From a virus (lineage: Duplodnaviria; Caudoviricetes): a stretch of 62,425 nucleotides of DNA. The notes below the pieces were generated by a model. That model was given only the letters and a program-made list of their open reading frames with translations. It made no database searches and was not told where the DNA came from. The number at the start of each line of letters is the position of its first letter. Position 1 is the stretch's first letter. The position numbers and the translations under genes are program-made. The stretch lies in IMG/VR virus record IMGVR_UViG_3300000208_000001, positions 1-62,425 of that record, one strand, 5' to 3'. Positions 37,396 through 47,099 of this stretch are shown here, piece after piece.

Positions 37396-37989
37396 CTAGA
37401 GATCTCTAACGGTTTCATACATTGCGAACCCTGCGTTGAGTAGGTCCATTGTCTTGTACCGCGACAGGTATACGTGCCGCCAGGGATCAACCGGGCCACT
37501 AACCGTCACATAGACGTCGTCGCACTTCCAACGAAAGTCGCGATCAAAAGCGCATTCCTGTCGCTTGTCAGTCACAGGGCCAATGGTATGTGTGCTGAAG
37601 TAAATCTCCAAACCGATCTCAGTGGGAAGTCGCGTCTGTTCCTTGTCTCCTTCTGCGCCAACGATTCCCTGGACGGAAGGCCAGTATGCTTCTCGGATGG
37701 AACGAATGATATAGTCTATTGATCGTTCCCTTGAAAAGCTACCTTGCCATTCGAATACAAAAACAAGTGTATCGGAGTGCTCTAGGAACTGCACGTTGTA
37801 GAATGGGGACTTAAAAACCGCGTCCTCGCCGAACTTCTCCGCAACGCCTCTTAGAACGCCAAGTGAGAGCTCGGTGTATGCCTCAGGTACATTTGGGGCT
37901 ATCCGGTGAACGAAACGATCTTCGTTTGACGCACATCCAGCTAGTACCGAGACACTAATCAATAGGCCCATACTGAATAACCGCCGCAT
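37396..37989 (-). CDS. Lipoprotein, candidate superinfection exclusion
   Basis: Lipobox LAG-C; lies between repressor and integrase. Confidence 0.65.
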   Translation of the reverse strand: MRRLFSMGLLISVSVLAGCASNEDRFVHRIAPNVPEAYTELSLGVLRGVAEKFGEDAVFKSPFYNVQFLEHSDTLVFVFEWQGSFSRERSIDYIIRSIREAYWPSVQGIVGAEGDKEQTRLPTEIGLEIYFSTHTIGPVTDKRQECAFDRDFRWKCDDVYVTVSGPVDPWRHVYLSRYKTMDLLNAGFAMYETVRDL

Positions 37990-38054
37990 TAGAACATGCA
38001 CCTCCCGTTTTCTCCCCAGCGCGGGACATGTTTGTCCACACCATATTTACCGTC

Positions 38055-38113
38055 TTGCCATCCCATCCCCCCAGTAGTATATTGGAAACCCAAACATACC
38101 GAACTCGTGTTCT
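38055..38113 (+). promoter_or_regulatory. SigA promoter with downstream LexA (Cheo) box
   Basis: TTGCCA-17 bp-TATATT; CGAAC-TCGT-GTTCT at 38100-38113. Confidence 0.6.
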
Positions 38114-38239
38114 ATCGTCCTTGTATGTCTATTGACATCTTTGTGACTCAGGTCCTAGTTTTTAGAGAGAGGATGTTTCTACCTGGTATACAGGAAGGTG
38201 TTACCAGGTAGAAACAAACAAATCCAAGGAGGGCGAACA

Positions 38240-38437
38240 ATGCTGCGGCCGGTCGTCGAAGAAGCAGAATTTCGTTGCAACGTGTGCGGTGAGCTTATGT
38301 GCTTTTTTGTCCCTCCTCTACACTGTGAACACTGTGCATCGCCCGTTCCCCTAGAATCTCCTCCAACGTTACATATTCCTTTGACCAAAACGTCGGACGA
38401 GCACATTCTTCGCAATATACAGCGTCTGGTAAGTTGA
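38240..38437 (+). CDS. Small Zn-finger protein antisense to the repressor (candidate antirepressor)
   Basis: AGGAGGG RBS; CNVC...CEHC; overlaps the repressor 3' end. Confidence 0.6.
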   Translation: MLRPVVEEAEFRCNVCGELMCFFVPPLHCEHCASPVPLESPPTLHIPLTKTSDEHILRNIQRLVS

Positions 38438-38855
38438 TATGGCGCGAATCCATGTCGGGGTGCACGCAGAAGTTGTATAGTGGAAACGCGCATTGGCGGC
38501 AATAGCGAGCCTTGTCGCTGAAGTCTGTCGCCCCGCACCTGGGGCATTCCAGCGCCATGTATTTCTCGTTTGTAGGAACCTCGAGATACGGCCCGGCAGT
38601 CAACCGTCGGGCCGTGTTGATGCGCCTAGACTCGTCTCCCTCAGGGAGCCAGTCAGCGTCCCAGAACTGTTCCTCACTGACCCCCAGTGCCTCGTAGATT
38701 TCGGGCAGGCGAGACATGGGTGTGCCGCTTGCACTTGTCTCCCATCTGCTGACGGTCCGCTTGGTTACCCCTAAGATCTCACCGAGTTGCTCCTGAGTCA
38801 ACCTCCGAGCCTCTCTTAGCTCCGTCAGGCGTCGGTGAAAAAGCACCTTCCTCAC
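38295..38855 (-). CDS. CI-like XRE repressor with C-terminal double zinc ribbon
   Basis: LTQEQLGEILGVTKRTVSRWE; CPRC/CRQC/C..H/CEEC; no S24 peptidase domain. Confidence 0.88.
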   Translation of the reverse strand: MRKVLFHRRLTELREARRLTQEQLGEILGVTKRTVSRWETSASGTPMSRLPEIYEALGVSEEQFWDADWLPEGDESRRINTARRLTAGPYLEVPTNEKYMALECPRCGATDFSDKARYCRQCAFPLYNFCVHPDMDSRHINLPDAVYCEECARPTFWSKEYVTLEEILGERAMHSVHSVEEGQKST

Positions 38856-38889
38856 CGGATCACCTCCAAAGAACCCCTAACTCATAATG

Positions 38890-39051
38890 GGACACTTTTT
38901 GGCCCGTCTCAAGAGAGAATTTCTGTCATCACTAGAGGACGGTATATGTCCTCTTACAAGGCGATTGGATTGCCGAACATTAGGTTCTTGGGACGTTTTG
39001 AGTATTGAGGTCAAAAAACGTCTTGACAGGGGGACAGTAGTTGTCTACAAT
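38890..39051 (+). promoter_or_regulatory. Immunity region: GGAC-N7-GTCC operators and lytic promoter
   Basis: Operators at 38890, 38934 (AGAGGAC-N7-GTCCTCT) and 39032; TTGACA-17 bp-TACAAT at 39023-39051. Confidence 0.75.
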
Positions 39052-39083
39052 AGGGCCAAGGAGCTGATAACGACATGCATGAT

Positions 39084-39644
39084 ATGCCAGTTTTCGCCGC
39101 AGATCTGAAGGAAAAAGTCGCTTCCCGCGGATGGACGCAGGACGAATTCGCGGCTCGCTATCCCAACAACCCGGAGCACACCAAGAAGGTTGTCCGAGGA
39201 GGAAGACCGATTACACTCTCCTTCGCTCTGGAATGCGTTCGGGAGTTCGGCAGCATCACAGTCAAGCAAGGCGAGCAGCACTACATGATTTTTCCTGTAA
39301 CCAAGAACCACCCTGACCCTAACAACATCCCCGACGACGAGGAGTTGCACGACCTCACGGACGCCGAGCACAACCTCAACGTCATGCAACAGGCCGAGGA
39401 TGTGGTCAAGGCCATGCAGCGGCTCGTATCAAGCCCACTGCTACTCCGTAGCGACAGCGAACTGAGCGACGCTCTGCGGGTCACTAAGTACAAGGAGCTT
39501 CACGAACTCGACTGGGCGCTTCGTGGCCGTATCAGAGAGGGGATGCAACTGCATCCGCACCTTGTGGAGGAGGGGCTGCGCCAAGCCCTTGCGGAGCGAC
39601 CGGGATGTGTGAAGGAGGGCGACGCCGTTGGAACGGCAGCCTGA
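39084..39644 (+). CDS. Cro-like HTH protein
   Basis: RGWTQDEFAA; first gene divergent from the repressor. Confidence 0.6.
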   Translation: MPVFAADLKEKVASRGWTQDEFAARYPNNPEHTKKVVRGGRPITLSFALECVREFGSITVKQGEQHYMIFPVTKNHPDPNNIPDDEELHDLTDAEHNLNVMQQAEDVVKAMQRLVSSPLLLRSDSELSDALRVTKYKELHELDWALRGRIREGMQLHPHLVEEGLRQALAERPGCVKEGDAVGTAA

Positions 39645-39787
39645 CCAAACCTTGAAAGACCCCGAGATCATCCGCCGAGCCGCCGAGTGGTACGGCCGGT
39701 GTGTCGCCCGGATTGAGCGGGATATACAACAGAAGGCGGCCCGCGAGCGAATCGGCGTCGCGGAAGCACAGAAAGGAGCGTGACGTG

Positions 39788-40045
39788 ATGCCGAAGCGGA
39801 CGCAGACTCCCCCCACCCTCGACGACGCCGCCCTCATGGCGCTGGACGAGGCGCTGTCTGAGGCCGGGTACGCGCCGGTCGCGGATCAGCCCGTCGCCTG
39901 CGACGATCTGGAGGACGCGCTCCTGGACGCCCTCTGGAACAACGACATGACGCTCCAGGAGGCGGCCCGGTCGGCGGTGCGGCGGTGCGAGAAGAGGCTC
40001 GTGAGGGAGGCGGTGATCGAATGGGGCGGGCGTGGCGTCGCGTGA
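39788..40045 (+). CDS. Hypothetical protein
   Basis: AAGGAG RBS; early operon. Confidence 0.5.
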   Translation: MPKRTQTPPTLDDAALMALDEALSEAGYAPVADQPVACDDLEDALLDALWNNDMTLQEAARSAVRRCEKRLVREAVIEWGGRGVA

Positions 40046-40160
40046 TGTGTTGGCTGCGGGGCGGGCACGACGCTCGGAGGCTGCGGTTCGCAGCGGACGG
40101 CACCGTGGTCCGCATCCTGCCGGGAAAGACCTGCAGGCGGTGCGGCGCGGTGGTGAGGTC

Positions 40161-40340
40161 GTGAAACTGCTGGACGTTGACGAGCACGACGTCGCAGCGG
40201 CGGCGGCAGACCTGGCGGCGATGGGGTTCGCGTACACGCAGGACGAGGAGCTGGCGCAGGCGCTCAAGGCGATCTGCCCGGATGCTCGGATCGAGCGGCG
40301 ACCGGGCGGATGGTTTCGGATCGAGCGGAAGGGGAGGTGA
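40161..40340 (+). CDS. Hypothetical protein
   Basis: GAGG RBS and GTG start. Confidence 0.4.
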   Translation: MKLLDVDEHDVAAAAADLAAMGFAYTQDEELAQALKAICPDARIERRPGGWFRIERKGR

Positions 40341-40347
40341 CGCAGAC

Positions 40348-40590
40348 ATGACGAGCGTGAACATCGGGGCGTACCGGAAGCGGGACACCGTGATCGCCGC
40401 AGACGCCGCGACCACCAGGTTACGGGAGACGGGCATCGACGTGCTCCTGAGGATTGACTGCGAGGCGTACGTGTCGGTGCTCCTGACGCGGGAGCAGGCG
40501 GAGAGCATCGTCGCCAAACTGCAGGCGGCGTGCAGGGAGTTGGACGAAAAGGCCCCGGCTGTGGGAACCGGGGCGGGCAGGGCTGGTTGA
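40348..40590 (+). CDS. Hypothetical protein
   Basis: GGAGGTG RBS and ATG. Confidence 0.55.
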   Translation: MTSVNIGAYRKRDTVIAADAATTRLRETGIDVLLRIDCEAYVSVLLTREQAESIVAKLQAACRELDEKAPAVGTGAGRAG

Positions 40591-40673
40591 GGAGCACGTG
40601 GACAAATCAAGGCGCCCCTCGCTGCTCATTGTAGCACGGGCGGCGAGGCGGCGCAACCTGGAGGGTTGGAACG

Positions 40674-41147
40674 ATGCGAGTTACAGACGCAAAGCACACG
40701 CCGGAGCCGTGGGAGCACCGGGAGGCGGGTCGTGGCGATGATGGCGCGGAGCGATGGGATGTAGTGCAGAGTCCCGATGCTCCCGATGCGGAAAAACCAC
40801 AGCGCGTTATAGCTATTTGCTGGGACACGGGCGATCATGAAACTCTCCGACGCGATGCGCGGTCTAACGCTCGACGCATCGTCGCTGCGGTAAACGCCTG
40901 CGAGGGCATCCCGACCGAGGCGCTGGAGTCGGGCGTGGTGCGGGAGATGGTTGAGGCGCTTGTTCTGCATCAGTTTGACACTCCCGGTTATCGGCACAAG
41001 CTGGCCGTCGAGAAGACCCGAGCCGTGCTTCGCAAGCTGCTGGGCGAGGCGTCCTCACCCGCTACAAATCACGACGAGGAGTATGAGGAGTGGCTTCGTC
41101 GGGCCGAAGAGGAGCGCTACTACAACGAGTACGGGAGGGAGGCGTAG
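40674..41147 (+). CDS. Conserved phage protein (KHTPEPW...NARRIVAAVNACEG family)
   Basis: Recognisable phage motif; RBS. Confidence 0.65.
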   Translation: MRVTDAKHTPEPWEHREAGRGDDGAERWDVVQSPDAPDAEKPQRVIAICWDTGDHETLRRDARSNARRIVAAVNACEGIPTEALESGVVREMVEALVLHQFDTPGYRHKLAVEKTRAVLRKLLGEASSPATNHDEEYEEWLRRAEEERYYNEYGREA

Positions 41148-41149
41148 CC

Positions 41150-41344
41150 GTGAGCATCGGCACGGTGTCGCGTACGAGCCCCGGCTTCCGACTCGTCGGC
41201 TGGATCGCCATCTGCACCTGTGGGGCGATGCACACCGACCGCCGAGGGATGCAGGAGCTTGCGAACGAGATCACCCGGATGGGCTGGCGCTACGAGAATC
41301 GCCGGTGGCGCTGTGCACAGTGTGCGAGGAGGGGTGGGGCGTGA
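41150..41344 (+). CDS. Small Zn-binding protein
   Basis: CTC...CAQC; coupled stop/start. Confidence 0.5.
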   Translation: MSIGTVSRTSPGFRLVGWIAICTCGAMHTDRRGMQELANEITRMGWRYENRRWRCAQCARRGGA

Positions 41345-42294
41345 GCGTGGTTCTGGACCGTCTGGTTGAACAGCAGGACGTGACGCACGACCTTCCTGCG
41401 GATATCACCTACAGCCTTATGGCTGTCGCCAAGGACTGTCCAAGGAAGCTGTATCTGCGCTACGTCCGCTGTCTGGATCTCAAGAACAAGAAGCCGTCGC
41501 TTACTCTGGGCTCCGCGGTACACAAGTTCGTCGAGACCGGCGACATTGATCAAGCGTTGGCACTCTACGACGACGTGTTGCCGCAGACGCCGGAACAGGC
41601 AGACAGGATGGCAATCGACATGGCGACGGTCCAGGCAATCGCCGAGCAATACCCGCGATTCTATCGGCCCCTAGACATCCGACCCGAAGTGAAGTTCCGC
41701 GTGCCGATCCTGAATCCCGACACCGGGGCGAAATCCCGCAGATTTCACCTGTCGGGGAAGGCTGATGGGATCGTACTGGATGACGGCAAGTGGTGGCTGT
41801 TCGAGCTGAAGACCGCCAGCCAGATCACCGAGACGTACATCGAACGCCTGCGCCTGAACTTGCAGATCACGACGTACATCTACGCCCTCCAGAGACAGTT
41901 TGGCATCCACTTCGAGGGCGTGATCTACCGAATCATTCGCAAACCCCAGATCAAACAGCGCAGGGACGAGTCGCTGCAGCAGTTCTGCGAGCGGATCAAA
42001 GAGGACTACCGGCAGCGACCGGAGTGGTACTTCGTCGAGCAGACCGTCACCCGCACGCAGGACGACCTGGATCAATTCGAGCGGGAGCTGTGGCACTTTA
42101 CGCAAGTGCTCCTCTTCCGCCGGCGCAACGACTTCTGGGAGCGGAACACGAGCAAGTGCGGCGAGTGGGGAGGGTGCGCCTTCATCCCCATCTGCCTCGG
42201 GTACGAAGGCGCGGAGGCATTCTACGACATCGTACCGCCCAACGTCGAGTTGGAGGACTACAACGAGGGGGTTGAGATTCATGGCCTTGCCTAA
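41341..42294 (+). CDS. PD-(D/E)xK (RecB/Cas4-like) exonuclease
   Basis: CPRKLY, GSAVH, GKADG, ELKT, QITTY, C-terminal Cys cluster. Confidence 0.85.
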   Translation: MSVVLDRLVEQQDVTHDLPADITYSLMAVAKDCPRKLYLRYVRCLDLKNKKPSLTLGSAVHKFVETGDIDQALALYDDVLPQTPEQADRMAIDMATVQAIAEQYPRFYRPLDIRPEVKFRVPILNPDTGAKSRRFHLSGKADGIVLDDGKWWLFELKTASQITETYIERLRLNLQITTYIYALQRQFGIHFEGVIYRIIRKPQIKQRRDESLQQFCERIKEDYRQRPEWYFVEQTVTRTQDDLDQFERELWHFTQVLLFRRRNDFWERNTSKCGEWGGCAFIPICLGYEGAEAFYDIVPPNVELEDYNEGVEIHGLA

Positions 42295-43009
42295 GGAGAA
42301 GCGTCAGCCTAAGCGTCGGATTGAGGAGTACACGCACCTGATCTTCGGGCCGCCCAAGATCGGGAAGACAACCTTCTGCTCGCAGATGGACAATCCGCTG
42401 TTCCTGGCGACGGAGGCCGGGACAAACGCCCTGGAGGTGTACGAGGTTCCGATCACCGGCTGGACCGAGTTCCTGGAAACGGCGGCAGAACTTGCCAAGG
42501 GAGATCATCCGTTCAAGACCATCGTGATCGACACAGCCGACAATCTCTGGAAGTTCTGCTCCGACTACATCTGCAAGAAGATGAAGATCACCCACGAGAG
42601 CGACCTGGAGTGGGGCAAGGGGTGGAGCCTGGTGCGGGACGAGTTTCTCCGGGCCGTAACCAAACTCAGCCTCCTGCCTTATGGTTTGGTGTTCATCTCT
42701 CACGCCGACGAGAAAGAGTTCAAGACCCGCACGGGCACCATCACCAAGTCGGTGTGTTCGTTACCCAAGGGCGGTCGGGAAGTGCTCCTGGGCATGGTGG
42801 ACATGATCCTCTTCGCCACGTCCGAGCTTACCAAAGAGGGTGAGAAGCGCCTGCTTCGGACCCAACCCTCGGAGAACTACGAGGCGGGTGGACGGATTTC
42901 GCTTCCCGATCCTCTCCCGCTCGATTTCCCGACCTACCGAAAGGCGTTTGAAGCGGCGTTGCTTGCCAACACGAACGGAAAAGCCCGCCAGGAGGTGCTC
43001 TTGTCGTGA
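42281..43009 (+). CDS. Sak4-like AAA_24 ATPase/recombinase
   Basis: GPPKIGKTT, TIVIDT, FISH. Confidence 0.85.
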   Translation: MALPKEKRQPKRRIEEYTHLIFGPPKIGKTTFCSQMDNPLFLATEAGTNALEVYEVPITGWTEFLETAAELAKGDHPFKTIVIDTADNLWKFCSDYICKKMKITHESDLEWGKGWSLVRDEFLRAVTKLSLLPYGLVFISHADEKEFKTRTGTITKSVCSLPKGGREVLLGMVDMILFATSELTKEGEKRLLRTQPSENYEAGGRISLPDPLPLDFPTYRKAFEAALLANTNGKARQEVLLS

Positions 43010-43464
43010 GTCGTTACAAGTCGGAACTTGCCGAACTTGACGAGGTTTGGTTCAACATCGAACCCGACGATCCCAATAGCTTTGATGATCTCCCTGATGG
43101 GAAGTACGCCTGCCGGATTGATCGGGTCGAGGTCAAGCCGTCGAAAACCAGCGGCCGATTGCAGCTCGTCTGGGAGTTCGTAGTCGAGGAAGGCGATTAC
43201 GAGGGTCGACGCATCTGGAAGTACAGCGGCCTCGAAAACGCCGAGAACCTGAAGTTCCTCAAAAACGAACTTTGGCGTATCGGTTTGCAACTCCAGCTCA
43301 TTTCGCAGATCGAGGAACATCTGACCGAATTGCTCGATCTGATCGTCGAGGTCCAGATCAAGACCAAGAAAAAAGGCGATCAGGAGTTCCGCAACGTGTA
43401 TGTCAACAAACGGCTAGATGTGTCGGGAACTGACGACTTCAAGCCCGACGACGTGCCGTTTTGA
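43006..43464 (+). CDS. DUF669-type SSB
   Basis: LPDGKY...GDYEGRRIW; acidic DDVPF tail; follows Sak4-like gene. Confidence 0.8.
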   Translation: MSRYKSELAELDEVWFNIEPDDPNSFDDLPDGKYACRIDRVEVKPSKTSGRLQLVWEFVVEEGDYEGRRIWKYSGLENAENLKFLKNELWRIGLQLQLISQIEEHLTELLDLIVEVQIKTKKKGDQEFRNVYVNKRLDVSGTDDFKPDDVPF

Positions 43465-43802
43465 GGCAGAGGTGAGCGGGGGGTGGCGACTATGAGGCGC
43501 TCGCCCGATGACGGTCGGAAAAACCGGCCTGAGTCGACGCCGGGGACGCAATAGGTGCCACAACTTCACACGGCCATCACCGGGCATCGGGATGGTCGCC
43601 ACAATGTTGAGCCGCCGCGGGGAGCGTGAGACCCGCCGCTTTCGCAGGCTGAGCGTATCAACCTGCGACCACAGGCGCACAGGGCGCAAGGGTAGCATGC
43701 CCATGCGGGGGCGGATATGCGGGAGGTGGGACGATGGCAAGCGGAAAGCCAGAACTGCGACGGCCGGAGCCCGAGGCGGCGACGGTGGGGAGGGTGGAGT
43801 AA

Positions 43803-44621
43803 GTGCAGCACGTTGTCATGTTTAGCGGCGGCGTGGGCTCCTGGGCTGCGGCCAAGCGTGTTGCCGAGAAGCACGGAACAGACAACCTCATTCTCCTGTT
43901 CGCGGACACGCTGATAGAAGACGAGGACCTGTACCGGTTTCTCGACGAGGCGGCGGCGAATGTCGGCGGCCGACTCGTTAAAGTCGCCGAAGGAAGGGAT
44001 CCGTGGCAAGTCTTCTTCGACGTGCGTTTTCTCGGAAATAGCCGCGTGGACCCGTGCAGCCGGATCCTCAAGCGCGAGTTCCTGCGCCGTTGGCTCGACG
44101 AGCACTGCGATCCCGCGTCGACCACAGTATACCTCGGTATCGACTGGACGGAAGCTCATCGATTCGAGCGGGCGCAACGTTATTGGCATCCCTGGCGCTG
44201 CGAAGCGCCACTATGCTCTCCGCCATACTTGACCAAGGACGACATCATTTCGGCGCTTCGCAAAGAGGGTATCAGGCCGCCTCGTCTATACGAGCTAGGC
44301 TTCCCTCATAATAACTGCGGAGGCTTCTGCATCAAAGCCGGGCAGGCACACTTTGCCCTGTTGCTGCGGACGCTGCCTGACCGCTACGCATACCACGAAA
44401 AGCGCGAACAGGAGATCAGAGAGTACTTGGGCCGAGACGTGTCCATCCTACGGGACCGCACCGGGGGGACGACGCGGCCGATGACGCTCCGGGAGTTCCG
44501 GGAGCGTCTAGAGGCCAACGACAAGCAGCTTGACTTGTTTGAGTGGGGCGGGTGTGGCTGCTTCTCTGGTGATGACGACTTTTCGCTTGGCGGCGCCCAG
44601 CGCGCAGGGTCCGCATCGTGA
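43803..44621 (+). CDS. PAPS-reductase-like PP-loop protein
   Basis: VMFSGGVGSW, FADT, YLGID, HNNCGGFCIKAG. Confidence 0.8.
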   Translation: MQHVVMFSGGVGSWAAAKRVAEKHGTDNLILLFADTLIEDEDLYRFLDEAAANVGGRLVKVAEGRDPWQVFFDVRFLGNSRVDPCSRILKREFLRRWLDEHCDPASTTVYLGIDWTEAHRFERAQRYWHPWRCEAPLCSPPYLTKDDIISALRKEGIRPPRLYELGFPHNNCGGFCIKAGQAHFALLLRTLPDRYAYHEKREQEIREYLGRDVSILRDRTGGTTRPMTLREFRERLEANDKQLDLFEWGGCGCFSGDDDFSLGGAQRAGSAS

Positions 44622-44660
44622 GCGTGCCCATGCGGGGCGGATTTCATACGTGAGGTGACG

Positions 44661-45338
44661 ATGGTGACGGTTGCGACCATGCCACGACATCCTGCCAAGT
44701 ACACTGACGTGCTCCTGCCTGTCTTCGCCCGTATCCTTCGGGAACACGGGGCGCAGAGCGTCCTCGACCCTATGGCAGGCGTCGGGAAGATCGGCCTGCT
44801 GCGCGACTACGGTTTCACGGGTCGCATCGTCGCCAACGAGATCGAACCCGAGTGGGCCGCACAAGCCCCCGCGCACGTCGAGATGCACATCGGAGACGCG
44901 GCGGCTATGACGTGGGCGGCGGACGGTGAGTTCGACGCTATCGTGGTCAGCCCCACCTACGCCAATAGGATGGCCGACCATCACAACGCCCGCGACGGGT
45001 CGAGGCGCTACACCTATCGTCACTCGCTCGGACGACCCCTGCACGAGGCCAATACGGGGCAGATGCAGTGGGGCGAAGCGTACCGAGAGGCGCACCGCCG
45101 CATTTGGGGCGAGTGCATCCGGGTGCTACGAAGCGGCGGTGTGTTCGTGCTCAACTGCAAGAACCACGTCCGCCGGGGTGAGATCGTGCGGGTGTCGGAG
45201 TGGCACGCTGACGAGCTTCAGAGACAGGGGTTGCGTCTCGTGGAGCGGGTGCGGGTCGAGTGCCCAGGGATGCGTAACGGGGCTAATGCCCGGCTGCGCG
45301 TGGATCACGAGGACGTGTGGGTGTTGAGGAAGCCGTAG
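44661..45338 (+). CDS. SAM-dependent amino-methyltransferase (DNA MTase-like)
   Basis: HPAKY, LDPMAGVG, VVSPTY (SPPY variant). Confidence 0.7.
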   Translation: MVTVATMPRHPAKYTDVLLPVFARILREHGAQSVLDPMAGVGKIGLLRDYGFTGRIVANEIEPEWAAQAPAHVEMHIGDAAAMTWAADGEFDAIVVSPTYANRMADHHNARDGSRRYTYRHSLGRPLHEANTGQMQWGEAYREAHRRIWGECIRVLRSGGVFVLNCKNHVRRGEIVRVSEWHADELQRQGLRLVERVRVECPGMRNGANARLRVDHEDVWVLRKP

Positions 45339-45351
45339 GGAGGCGATAGCG

Positions 45352-45534
45352 ATGGCGAAACGCATCAACAGGTGGCGCATGTATCTGCTATGTCTCGCCG
45401 CCGACATGCGAGACGCCGGACTGATCGACCAGGCGCGATACCGACGGATCGTGGGGCGGCTGGATGAGATGGACGCGCGCGATATGGTGCGGGTGTTGGA
45501 GGAGATGGTGGTAATTTCCGAGGCAAGGAGGTGA
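45352..45534 (+). CDS. Hypothetical protein
   Basis: GGAGG RBS. Confidence 0.5.
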   Translation: MAKRINRWRMYLLCLAADMRDAGLIDQARYRRIVGRLDEMDARDMVRVLEEMVVISEARR

Positions 45535-46298
45535 GGATGATGGCGGGCGTCTTCGAGACGAAAACAAACGACTATCTGAAGCGCCTGAAAGACGGGGAAC
45601 AAAACCCATGGCTCATTTACGAACTGTGCCGTAAATGGCGTCCTTCCTCTTCCCTTCGTCTTTGGAAACAACTAGACGACTTTGGGGTAGATCTCCCCTT
45701 TGACTTTGTGGCCGAAGTCTTCGTCGAATGGCAAGAAGCTCAGGTCAAGCGTTTCGATGATGAGGTTGCATTTCGAAACGAAGTTGCAAAGGCGCTTCGC
45801 CGCCACGGCCATCTCGTCTACTTCCACGAAGGCGACGAGTCTAAGTTTTCGATTTCCAACTCCCTGAACGGGTATGTTGATCTCTACGTTCAAACGGCGT
45901 CCCACTGGGAGTATCACGACACCATCCCCGTGATCGGCATTGAAACCAAGTTGGCTGAAAAAGGGTTCGGTTGGCTTCGTAAGGCGATGGATCAAATCGC
46001 GGGGTATGAAGCGGACACATCCGCACGCTACTTCATCGGCACGGCAGAGGTGCCAAAGCCCAGTCTCTTTCTGCTTGCTACCGACCACAGTGTGTACGGC
46101 GATCACCTTTACCGGTGGCAACTCCCCGGAATCGACAAGGCCGAGTTGACTGCAGGCTGGGTTATGCTCACCGAAGCGTTTGATCGCCTCTTGTGGGAGA
46201 GGGGCGTCTGCCTGCTACGCAAGGGCTATTTCTACACGAACAAGTTTGGCGCTCCAAAGCGCTACGACCTATCAGAGAAAAAGGCCCAATCGGCTTAG
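45531..46298 (+). CDS. Hypothetical protein, possible PD-(D/E)xK nuclease
   Basis: YVDLYV...GIETK; lower GC. Confidence 0.5.
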   Translation: MRMMAGVFETKTNDYLKRLKDGEQNPWLIYELCRKWRPSSSLRLWKQLDDFGVDLPFDFVAEVFVEWQEAQVKRFDDEVAFRNEVAKALRRHGHLVYFHEGDESKFSISNSLNGYVDLYVQTASHWEYHDTIPVIGIETKLAEKGFGWLRKAMDQIAGYEADTSARYFIGTAEVPKPSLFLLATDHSVYGDHLYRWQLPGIDKAELTAGWVMLTEAFDRLLWERGVCLLRKGYFYTNKFGAPKRYDLSEKKAQSA

Positions 46299-46304
46299 TC
46301 GGAG

Positions 46305-47099
46305 GTGGCGCCTTTGGCGTGGGTGCGCCTTTACACAGAAACCAAGAACGACCGCAAGATTCGCAGGCTCGACCCAGCGCATCGGTGGCTATGGTGCGTA
46401 CTGCTCATGATGGCGAAAGAATCGCCGGTCGAGGGATGGCTCTACATCGCCGAGGGAGAACCGGCGACCATCGACGACATCGCCGACGAAGCCAACCTCC
46501 CCATTGATGTTGTCGGGAACGGTTTGGGAACGTTCCGGGAACTGTCGTTCATCGAAGAAGTTGACGGCGTCTTTCATCTCATCAATTGGGAAAAACGACA
46601 ATTCAAGAGTGACATCTCCACTTCTAGAACAAGGAAGCACCGTGAACAACACGCTGAGCAGGGGAAAGAAAATGACGGCGTTCCGGAAACGTCGGAAGAA
46701 CGTTCCGGGGAACGGTCTGGGAACGTTCCGGGAACGCCCCCAGAGTACAGAGTACAGAGTAATAATATAACCCCCCCTATAGTCCCCCCCTACGCCGAGA
46801 TCGTGTCGTACCTGAACGAGAAAGCGGGCACGTCCTACCGGGCGGCGTCCAAGAAGACGCAGCGGCACATCAACGCGCGATGGTGTGAGGGTTATCGTCT
46901 CGACGACTTCCGCACCGTCATCGACAAGAAAGTTGCCGAGTGGAAAGACGACCCCAAGATGGCGGCTTACTTGCGCCCTGAGACGCTCTTTGGCAGCAAG
47001 TTTGAGTCGTACCTCAACCAGCCGTGGCCGCCTCGAGCCTCGCCCGAGAAGCCTACCTACCTGCTCTTCAACGATGACAACGAGGAGGTATCGGCATGA
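46305..47099 (+). CDS. Replication initiator/replisome organiser with conserved phage C-terminal domain
   Basis: WVRLY...DRKIRRL; INWEKRQ; YLRPETLFGSKFESYLNQ. Confidence 0.85.
   Translation: MAPLAWVRLYTETKNDRKIRRLDPAHRWLWCVLLMMAKESPVEGWLYIAEGEPATIDDIADEANLPIDVVGNGLGTFRELSFIEEVDGVFHLINWEKRQFKSDISTSRTRKHREQHAEQGKENDGVPETSEERSGERSGNVPGTPPEYRVQSNNITPPIVPPYAEIVSYLNEKAGTSYRAASKKTQRHINARWCEGYRLDDFRTVIDKKVAEWKDDPKMAAYLRPETLFGSKFESYLNQPWPPRASPEKPTYLLFNDDNEEVSA
46515..46761. repeat. Iteron-like repeats, probable replication origin
   Basis: 28-bp GGGAACGGT(T/C)TGGGAACGTTCCGGGAAC at 46515 and 46708, additional GAACGTTCC, then (CAGAGTA)x3 and an AT-rich patch. Confidence 0.75.
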
